32,000 nucleotides of DNA from assembly GCA_016700135.1 (NCBI GenBank), contig CP065004.1, forward strand, positions 870,001 to 902,000, read 5' to 3'. This DNA is from Candidatus Saccharimonadota bacterium. Its GTDB lineage: Bacteria; Patescibacteriota; Microgenomatia; UBA1406; GWC2-37-13. Position 1 is the first letter of the stretch. Every line of letters begins with the position of its first letter. The notes beneath the pieces were generated by a model. The model searched no databases. It worked only from the letters and a program-made list of their open reading frames with translations, and was not told the origin of the DNA. Of this stretch, positions 15,166-22,666 are shown piece after piece. The position numbers and the translations under genes were made by a program.

Positions 15166-15880
15166 GGCTCTAGACTAGCACATTAACAATTTGTAATAGT
15201 TCATTGTAAAGGATCGATGGGGATTTGCTCCATCTCCATTCACACTCTTTCAAGTGTAATGGAAAGTTTTTCTTTACACCATTGAACTTAACGAGACGTC
15301 TTTTACAAAAGGACCAGAATGACTCTATGCCATTGATATGGACCCCTTTTGTATTTGAGAACTCATTTTTCTTGTGATTGATTCTCAAATGTTTGTCATA
15401 CCCGACATCAACAAGTCCGTTGTATCCGCTCCACGAATCTGAATATACAGTACTGTTCAAGTCAATCTTTCCCTTCATAACAGCATGTAGCGTTCTTCTT
15501 TTACAGTTTGGAATGATACGAGTAAATACACGTCCTTGACGCTCATATATCCCAAATACTACCTGCTTAAATGACGTCCCACGACCTCTTTTACTTGACT
15601 TGCCTCTCATCCTTCGAGGTCCAAAGTATGATTCATCAATTTCTATCTCACCACCAACATATCGTTGCATCTGGTGCACTTGGTGATGATATATGAGTTG
15701 ACGAATATTATTGTAATATTTGTTGACTGTATTGCGGTTGAGACCCAAAATACCAGAGGTCTGTGTAGCACTCAGATCGTGTGCAAAACACCATAGTATC
15801 TTTTTTCTCTTGTATTTTGATATCGGCCTATTGTTACAAACCATACCTCTAGTTTAGCACTACTCTGCTAGTCTAGAGCC
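15166..15880 (-). mobile_element. IS1595-family insertion sequence, copy 2 (715 bp)
   Basis: It has perfect 15-bp terminal inverted repeats GGCTCTAGACTAGCA. It is flanked by the 7-bp direct duplication AATCTAA (15159-15165 and 15881-15887). Confidence 0.95.
15170..15844 (-). CDS. IS1595/ISXO2-like DDE transposase, 224 aa
   Basis: Motifs include IDESYFG, RGRGTSFKQVVFGIYERQG, YSDSWSGY, HLRINH and HINGIESFW. The protein is identical to the copy at 29015-29689. Confidence 0.9.
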   Translation of the reverse strand: MVCNNRPISKYKRKKILWCFAHDLSATQTSGILGLNRNTVNKYYNNIRQLIYHHQVHQMQRYVGGEIEIDESYFGPRRMRGKSSKRGRGTSFKQVVFGIYERQGRVFTRIIPNCKRRTLHAVMKGKIDLNSTVYSDSWSGYNGLVDVGYDKHLRINHKKNEFSNTKGVHINGIESFWSFCKRRLVKFNGVKKNFPLHLKECEWRWSKSPSILYNELLQIVNVLV

Positions 15881-16285
15881 AATCTAATTCCATTACTGCT
15901 TTTTACCTGCTTACTCACTTGCTGCTTTTTATTCAATAGTATTGCTTCCCAAAGAACTTCATAGTCAAAATGCAGCGAATAAGAAAGTCTTGAAATTTCT
16001 GGAATAATCCTCCTATTGAAATATCCCTTTCGTAATTGTCTTGGTGTTAGTCTGTCATCAATTTTATACTTCGTTCTTATATGGCATGTTATAGCATAGC
16101 AGGCATATGAATGAGTAAATAATACAAACCGCGTTTTATTAAATGTTGAATATTTTCTTGCCCTTCCCATAAGTAAAGGGCAGAAGCACAACTATATCAA
16201 AATGTATCATTTATCATTTGTGTTGTTATGGGATATTATAGAAAATGAGACACCCTTTTTTATACTGTCTCATTTGTCTCGTTTT

Positions 16286-16294
16286 TGGTAGAAT
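16286..16294 (+). promoter_or_regulatory. extended -10 box TGGTAGAAT
   Basis: It matches TGnTAnAAT. It ends 8 nt before the first base of the tRNA-like element, the same geometry seen at tRNA-Gly. Confidence 0.4.
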
Positions 16295-16302
16295 AGAGCC
16301 AT

Positions 16303-16356
16303 GGAGCATGGGTGGGTTATAAGGATAATTGGGTTCCAGACCTGAGTGCTCCGCCA
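16303..16356 (+). ncRNA. 54-nt tRNA-like element with encoded CCA (not a decoding tRNA)
   Basis: GGAGCAT (16303-09) pairs with GTGCTCC (16346-52). A T-arm-like element TTGGG/TTCCAGA/CCTGA spans 16329-45. A single hairpin GTTAT-AAGG-ATAAT (16316-29) replaces the D and anticodon arms. The 3' end reads G-CCA (16353-56). Confidence 0.4.
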
Positions 16357-16384
16357 CCTACCCTATAAGGTATACTTCTTAATA

Positions 16385-16413
16385 TGAACATCCGCTTGCA
16401 AGGTTCAGTTTTT
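16385..16413 (+). terminator. weak hairpin plus T5 run downstream of the tRNA-like element
   Basis: TGAAC (16385-89) pairs with GTTCA (16403-07), followed by G and TTTTT (16409-13). Confidence 0.25.
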
Positions 16414-16502
16414 GTCTGATACGAAAAGCTTTGTACTGGGATTTGAGATGATCAGTCGATCATTTACTTAATTTTCATAATTTTCAGGTACAGTTTCAAT
16501 CT

Positions 16503-17150
16503 ATGTTCCCTTTATACGATTCAAGTCCCCAAAAATCATTTCCTTTTGTAAACTACCTGATTATTGCCGCAAATCTTTTGGTTTTTTTTCTTCAGATATC
16601 AGCATCCAGTTTTGACGGATTTATTCTTCAGTACGGTTTCATACCGCAGGAATTCAGTCTGCTAAACCCTGCTGCCTATTTTTATGTTTTCAGCTCTATG
16701 TTTATGCATGGCGGACTACTCCATATCGGTTCAAATCTTTGGTTTTTGCACATTTTTGGAGATAATGTTGAGGACGAACTCGGGCATTTGAAATACCTTG
16801 TATTTTATCTAGCCGCGGGTGTTGCCGCGACCCTTGCACAGTATTTTACGGATCCTGCCAGCACGATTCCGCTTATCGGCGCGTCGGGTGCGATATCCGG
16901 TGTCACGGGCGCATATTTTATTCTTTTCCGTCAGGCACGCATCAGGACTCTGGTAACGACAGGCTTCTACATTCGGACGGTTGATTTGCCGGCAAGCTTT
17001 TTTCTCGGAGTATGGTTCTTCATTCAGCTCCTGAGCGGTTTCACCACATACGGTGCAGGAGAAGGTGGTGTTGCGTGGTTTGCCCATATCGGAGGATTTG
17101 TCTTCGGATGGGTTGCAGCAATGCTTCTCGGGAAGAAGAGTTCCGAATAA
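16503..17150 (+). CDS. rhomboid-family intramembrane serine protease
   Basis: GASGAISG carries the catalytic Ser and AHIGGFVFG the catalytic His, and HGGLLHIGSNLWFL is also present. There are multiple hydrophobic segments. Confidence 0.9.
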   Translation: MFPLYDSSPQKSFPFVNYLIIAANLLVFFLQISASSFDGFILQYGFIPQEFSLLNPAAYFYVFSSMFMHGGLLHIGSNLWFLHIFGDNVEDELGHLKYLVFYLAAGVAATLAQYFTDPASTIPLIGASGAISGVTGAYFILFRQARIRTLVTTGFYIRTVDLPASFFLGVWFFIQLLSGFTTYGAGEGGVAWFAHIGGFVFGWVAAMLLGKKSSE

Positions 17151-17159
17151 TGGTATAAT
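17151..17159 (+). promoter_or_regulatory. extended -10 box TGGTATAAT upstream of tRNA-Leu
   Basis: Perfect TGnTATAAT immediately after the rhomboid stop codon, 47 nt upstream of tRNA-Leu. Confidence 0.45.
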
Positions 17160-17206
17160 AGATACTCAGTCCGCCATTGCTTGTAAGTAGGCTGCGGCGG
17201 GACAAA

Positions 17207-17290
17207 GCCGGAGTGGCGGAACTGGCAGACGCGCAGGTTTTAGGAACCTGTGGGGTAACACTCGTGGAGGTTCAAGTCCTCTCTCCGGCA
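17207..17290 (+). tRNA. tRNA-Leu (anticodon UAG), type II with long variable arm, CCA not encoded
   Basis: Hand-folded. The acceptor stem is GCCGGAG/CTCCGGC. The anticodon stem CAGGT/ACCTG carries the loop TTTAGGA. The T-arm is GGAGG-TTCAAGT-CCTCT and the discriminator is A. Confidence 0.9.
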
Positions 17291-17300
17291 CAGCTATTGT

Positions 17301-18368
17301 CTAATGGGGATACATGTGAGGATTCGGCTCAACAAACTTCGTTCCTTTCTCAGCAGCTTTCAGACAATGTTTGAATTCATCATCAGGGACATAAGTACAA
17401 ATTTCTTTTGCTTTATCAGGCTGGACAATTCCGATTGTTCCGACGGAGCCGTCGATACAGGCAAGATGATCTTCCTGCGTACCGTAGTTACAAAGGGATG
17501 TTATAAGTTGAGGATCTTCCATAATATCCAAAAGGTAGGCATATCCTAAGCCGTAGAAACACCCGACTTCTTCATCTTTATCCTTGATGTCAAGACATTT
17601 TTGCGCGATTTCTTCACCGGTATTCTTTCCTGTCAGATATTTTACCCGATACATATAACATGCTGCTGGGTATTCACTATCTTCACATGGATAGAAGTTT
17701 TCTTTTTTGGCGTCTTCAGGGCCGAAATACAAATCGCGTTCCATATACGCTCCTGTAGCACACTGGAATTGCTCAACAGAGTCATTAAATATGCTGCATA
17801 TTGTCATTGCCTCTTGGACGTTGTAATCGGCTAGAAACATGGCAGCATGACCTATGCCGTGCATGCAGGATCCGGGCGGGACAGTATGGGAACTATTTTC
17901 TTCGTTGCAAATTTCATAGGTAACCTTTTTTAATTCTTCCATTGTTACATGAGTCCCGTTATCAGGATGAAATCGTTCCATCAATACTCCGTGAAAACAG
18001 CTTGTTGTGCACCGATCATCACAAATGTGAAAGGATTCGGCAAGATCCTGAGTACGACGATAGACTGCCTTGCCGATGTTATGACCGTGCAGATGACAAA
18101 TCGGATTTTCTTCAATAACATCAAGCATTGCATCAATGCCGATCAGATCATAGTATTTATCGATGACGTGCATGGGTATCTCTTCATAAATATTTGCTTG
18201 CACGATTTCCCTAAACTTCTGAATGTCACGATTGTCAGCTTTTTCTGAAATATTTTTTGGAAAAAAATTCATGACTGTTATCAATGCAACAGATACAGAT
18301 AGAATTACCGTAAAAATATATTTCTTCTTTTCTCTGGGTTTTTTTATTGTTGTAGTAGTCAATTTCAT
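17301..18368 (-). CDS. membrane-anchored Cys/His-rich repeat protein, 355 aa
   Basis: The N-terminus is basic and followed by a hydrophobic anchor (YIFTVILSVSVALITVM). After that come six spaced C-x-x-G motifs (CHLHG, CFHG, CMHGIGH, CATGAY, CFYGLGY, CIDGSVG). Confidence 0.8.
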   Translation of the reverse strand: MKLTTTTIKKPREKKKYIFTVILSVSVALITVMNFFPKNISEKADNRDIQKFREIVQANIYEEIPMHVIDKYYDLIGIDAMLDVIEENPICHLHGHNIGKAVYRRTQDLAESFHICDDRCTTSCFHGVLMERFHPDNGTHVTMEELKKVTYEICNEENSSHTVPPGSCMHGIGHAAMFLADYNVQEAMTICSIFNDSVEQFQCATGAYMERDLYFGPEDAKKENFYPCEDSEYPAACYMYRVKYLTGKNTGEEIAQKCLDIKDKDEEVGCFYGLGYAYLLDIMEDPQLITSLCNYGTQEDHLACIDGSVGTIGIVQPDKAKEICTYVPDDEFKHCLKAAEKGTKFVEPNPHMYPH

Positions 18369-19160
18369 GTATAATAGTTCTCCTGTATCTACTGAATGAC
18401 AACAATAATTCTATCAGATGTAGGATATTCTGATCTTTGACTGAATGCCTTTATTACTTAGTTGACCGAGCGAAAATGCGATCAGAATTTGCTAAATAAG
18501 TCTTGTAGTATTATTTTTTGTTATATTGAATAAATATCATACACATTGTCACAAGGCTTACTATATAATATATCAGTCAACATAGTAAAAATATTTATAA
18601 TATCAACAATATCTTGTATAAATAGGCAATAATGAAAAAAAAGTCTGAAGGGTGTTGTACGGAGTAATTTGCAGGATACATACTTCTCCTCAATGCAAAG
18701 CAAGGGTAAATACTTGGTTTGGATTGTCAAATAAGCACGAATATAAAAATGAAGAAAATTAGCAGAAAACTCACACATCTGCTAATACGTATCGGTTACG
18801 CTTCCCTTTGATTCCGGCTTGCAATATATTCAATGATTTGATTATACTGACAATAGAATTTAAAACCAGAACTACTGAGAAATAATATAGCACGGCCGTA
18901 CATTATATAGGTCTATATTTTTGTTTTAAAAAAATTACTCCTCTTTCGGTTGAGTAAATCTACACTCAAAAATTCATGCAAAGTAAAAAAGTGCTTCAAT
19001 CAGATATTATTATAGGATATTAAAGCAGTTTTCATTTCCCTTTCCGCTCCTTGTGATTAAGGAAAGTACTCTTCAAATATGTATATAGTTCACAAAGTTA
19101 ACAATCTAATTTTAAGAGATACTTTACAAATGATATGACGTCGTTTAATATAAAGGGTAT

Positions 19161-20126
19161 ATGAAAATGAAAGAAGCAATTGACAGATTTTTGGAATATT
19201 GCGAACTTGATAAAAACTTGTCAGACCGTACCATTAAAATGTATGCCTATTACCTCCACTTCTTCGAGGAGTGGCTGGCTAAAGAAAACGGTAAAAAAGA
19301 TATACAGGTTGAAGAAATTAATGAAGAAACCATAAGATATTTCCGACTATACTTGTCCCGAAATTATAAGAATGAGTTTAAGGGAGAACTTAAAAAGCAA
19401 ACTCAGAATTATTTCCTCGTAGCGCTCAGGAGTCTTTTCAGATATCTTATCAAATCAAAGAAAAAGGTCATGTCTCCTGAGATGATCGAGCTCGGAAAAC
19501 GAAAAGACAGACAAGTGAAGTTTCTGAAGGAAGAAGAATTACAGCGACTTTTTGAGGCTGTCAAAGGTGAGGACGAACGCGCACTCAGGGATAAGGCAAT
19601 TTTGGAGGTTCTCTTCTCTACCGGACTTCGCGTCTCCGAACTTGCGGGTCTTGATCGTGATCAGGTAAATTTGAAAACGGGTGAATTCGGCGTCATCGGT
19701 AAAGGAGGAAAAGCGCGGGTGGTATTCCTTTCTACACGGGCGATAAATGCACTCAGGAAGTATCTTGATAAGCGAACCGATCCGTATAATCCTCTTTTTT
19801 TACGGTATTCCGGGCCCACTCCAGATGAAGAACTTACCGATGAAAAACTCAGACTATCGGTCCGGTCAATTCAGAGAATGATTAATAAATACAGGAAGAA
19901 AGCAAATATTCTGTTCCGTATCGGACCGCACGTTCTCAGACATTCCTATGCGACGGATCTTCTGTCTCACGGCGCGGACCTCAGATCGGTTCAGGAAATG
20001 CTGGGGCACAAAAATATTGCAACGACACAAATTTATACTCATGTGACGAATTTGAGACTCAAGGAAATTCACGAAAAATTCCACTCGGGCAATACTGAAG
20101 AACCTGATAAGAAAGAGTCAGAATAG
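19161..20126 (+). CDS. tyrosine site-specific recombinase, XerC/XerD family
   Basis: An N-terminal SAM-like core-binding region is followed by a catalytic C-terminus (GLRVSEL.., HVLRHSYATDLL, GHKNIATTQIYTHV). Confidence 0.9.
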   Translation: MKMKEAIDRFLEYCELDKNLSDRTIKMYAYYLHFFEEWLAKENGKKDIQVEEINEETIRYFRLYLSRNYKNEFKGELKKQTQNYFLVALRSLFRYLIKSKKKVMSPEMIELGKRKDRQVKFLKEEELQRLFEAVKGEDERALRDKAILEVLFSTGLRVSELAGLDRDQVNLKTGEFGVIGKGGKARVVFLSTRAINALRKYLDKRTDPYNPLFLRYSGPTPDEELTDEKLRLSVRSIQRMINKYRKKANILFRIGPHVLRHSYATDLLSHGADLRSVQEMLGHKNIATTQIYTHVTNLRLKEIHEKFHSGNTEEPDKKESE

Positions 20127-20159
20127 CGAAATAATGAAACGGACTGATATAATTACAGC

Positions 20160-21700
20160 ATGATAAGGTCTTTACGTTCCCGACTCCCCTTTCTGATTCT
20201 TATTGTTGCGATGACAGCTTTTGGTGTATACTTTTCTCTCTTCACGATCCTTCGCTACCAAAAACTCTATGCTCATTACTTTGATTTGGGGATCATGCAT
20301 CAGACTGTTTTTAATACTTATAAAGCACTTCAGACCGGAGATATGTCCCGTGTACTTGAAATGACCGATCCTCATACGACACTTGATCAGGTCAAGAGAA
20401 TGTCAGTGCACAACGATATGTTCCTGGCACTTCTCTCTCCGGCATTCTTTATACATAGCGGACCTGAAACCCTGCTTGTGATACAGGCAATCGGTGTCGC
20501 GCTGGGTGCTTTTTGTGTATCGGATTACTCAGATCGTTTTTGAAAATCACGGAAGCGGGACTGGATGGCAGTGGTATTTGCATTGTCTTACCTTCTCTAT
20601 CCTCCGCTTCAAAAAGCGGTCAACTTTGACTTTCATGCCGTGACTCTTTCTACTCCGCTTCTTTTGGGGATGTATTACTTCTGGCTGAAAAAAATGTACA
20701 TACGGAGTTCTCTTTTTCTGTTTTTGACACTGCTTACCAAAGAACAGGTGGGTTTGGTCATCGCACTTTTCGGAATGTATGTATTAATTAAGAAAGTTAC
20801 TGATATGGACTTTTCGTTCCTGAAAGCAAAAATCCGCTTCATCAGATCAGAAAGCTTATCAAAGCAGCGGATCGTCGGGAAGTCATATTCAGTACACTCG
20901 CGATAACATCAGGAATCGTTTGGGTACTCCTTTCCATGTTGGTGATTATTCCTGCTTTCCGCGGAACGGAACATTTCGGTGCACAGTACTATGAATATCT
21001 TAAGGATGATCCTCTGCGGGTTTTCCCGGTTGTATTCCGGTATGAGACTTTTCACTACCTATTTATACTGACGGCTCCGTTGGGGATGCTGGCCCTTTTC
21101 TCTCCCGCACACCTATTGATGGCAGCGTCAGAGTTTGCTACCAATATTTTGTCTTCAAACGGAAATATGCGTAACATCTATTTTCATTATGATACGGCGC
21201 TTACGGCTTTTGTTATGATTGCCTCCATCTATGGAGCAAAAACGTGTATGAACATTTCATCCAACCGAACTGTTTTGAAAAAAATCCCGGTATCATCCGA
21301 GACAATCATCATTCTGTATGTTTTGAGTTCCACAATTCTTTTTTCTCTGTACCTCAGTCCTCTTCCGTGGGGACATCACAGGGATTTGTATGCATGGACC
21401 ACTCACCCCGGGCGTGTTCAGGATGTCAGGTTGTGGCAAAAATATCTGTCAGGAGATGATATTAAGGTGTCAGCCACAGGTCATATCGCTCCGTATTTCA
21501 CCTCAAGACGGTATTTCTATGACTTTGCCGGAGGGTATGAAAAAGCAGAATATGTAATTGTTGATGTCAGTGACATCGGCCGGGGGTTTCAAGCTGAAGA
21601 ATCAACAGCCAATTATGAAGCTCTGCAAAATGACTGGCGGTATATTACAATATATGAAAAGAATGATATTAAAGTATATAAAAATATCTCACACTTATAA
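20160..21700 (+). pseudogene. DUF2079-family integral membrane protein, broken into three ORFs by homopolymer-associated frameshifts
   Basis: YFDLGIMHQ and LLYPPLQKAVNFDFH are typical of DUF2079. Frame breaks lie near the T5 run at 20510-14, near 20555-65, and near the A5 run at 20828-32. These may be sequencing errors rather than true decay. Confidence 0.7.
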
Positions 21701-21715
21701 TTCATTTTAAATCAT

Positions 21716-22621
21716 ATGAAAGATTTTATTTCTGTTGTTATCCCATTTCATAATGAGAAGGAAAACCTTCCTGTTCTCCTGCCTGATCTGAAAGAAAAAC
21801 TCAAAAAGCTGGGAGTCGGTTATGAAATTGTTCTCGTTGATGACGGGTCATTGGATGACTATCGTGAATCCCTGCAGCCGCATCTGGATCATGAAACACG
21901 GCTTGTTGTCCTCAACAGACAGATGGGAAAAGGAAGAGCTCTCACGGAAGGACTGAAAGATATAAAAGGAAACCTGATTGTTTTCATGGATGCCGATCTC
22001 CAGGATGATCCCGCGGATCTTTCGGGTTTTTATGAGAAGGTCAACAAGGGTTTTGATCTCGTGAACGGTTTCCGTTTTGACCGAAAAGACAATCCGATCA
22101 TAAAAATATACTCAAAGTCTGCCCGCTGGTTTCTGCAGCATTTCTTGAGTTCCCCGTTTTCTGATATCAACTGCGGTTTCAAGATGTTCAGAAAAGAAGT
22201 TTTGAAAGAAGTTGTTTTGTACGGCAATAATTTCCGGTTCCTGCCGCTTGCCGCTTTTTATGAAGGGTTCCGTGTCGGTGAAGTCAAAGTTCACAATAAA
22301 CCGCGTCTTCACGGAAAATCGAAGTACGGTATGAGAAAACTCTTTATCGGCCTTATTGATATGCTTTCTGCATACTTTTTATACAAATTTTCAGAGCGCC
22401 CTCTCCACTTTTTCGGCAGTATCGGGGCGCTCCTTTTTGTAATCGGAGGTCTCGCTCTTGCTTGGGTGACATATGAACGTATTTTTGAAGGGGTACTCCT
22501 CTATCGCCGACCCGCCCTGCAGTATGCGATATTCCTCGTCATTCTCGGAATTCAGATCATTATGACAGGCATTGTCGGTGAACTTATCGTGTATCTGCAT
22601 CACAAAAAGAAGCTTTCCTGA
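21716..22621 (+). CDS. family 2 glycosyltransferase (polyprenyl-phosphate sugar synthase-like) with C-terminal TM helices
   Basis: Motifs are VVIPFHNEKENL, VDDGSLDD and MDADLQDDP. Two C-terminal hydrophobic helices are present. Confidence 0.85.
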   Translation: MKDFISVVIPFHNEKENLPVLLPDLKEKLKKLGVGYEIVLVDDGSLDDYRESLQPHLDHETRLVVLNRQMGKGRALTEGLKDIKGNLIVFMDADLQDDPADLSGFYEKVNKGFDLVNGFRFDRKDNPIIKIYSKSARWFLQHFLSSPFSDINCGFKMFRKEVLKEVVLYGNNFRFLPLAAFYEGFRVGEVKVHNKPRLHGKSKYGMRKLFIGLIDMLSAYFLYKFSERPLHFFGSIGALLFVIGGLALAWVTYERIFEGVLLYRRPALQYAIFLVILGIQIIMTGIVGELIVYLHHKKKLS

Positions 22622-22666
22622 ATTCAATCTCTGTATTCGGTACGGTTCTTCTGATACCATGAATAC

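Larger units (their letters stand above)
14867..16170 (-). pseudogene. hypothetical ~200-aa gene interrupted by IS copy 2
   Basis: Removing 15166-15880 plus one copy of the 7-bp duplication joins the fragments in frame: ..KSSNGIR-FYLAIEEELIALAESKRNRSRDFFDPDYENEFAVLSIAIERVAGNL... The upstream fragment ends with the IS-encoded tail (L)ALD-stop. Confidence 0.8.

Noticed and set aside
18521-18778. 85-aa ORF in the long AT-rich intergenic region
   Set aside because: Its composition is driven by AT-rich DNA (I/L/F/Y/K-rich). It has no start context or motif, so I treat the region as non-coding.
18369-19160. Replication origin or dif site next to the Xer gene
   Set aside because: Reading both strands, I found no TTATCCACA-type DnaA boxes and no 28-bp dif-like imperfect palindrome.
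20541-20543. In-frame TGA inside the DUF2079 gene as a hint of UGA recoding (code 25 or code 4)
   Set aside because: TGA terminates clearly complete genes here, for example operon gene A at 7544-46 and the GT2 gene at 22619-21. The alternative frame across 20510-20560 gives a more DUF2079-like peptide (LFVYRITQIVFENHGSG), so paired frameshifts explain the stop better than recoding.
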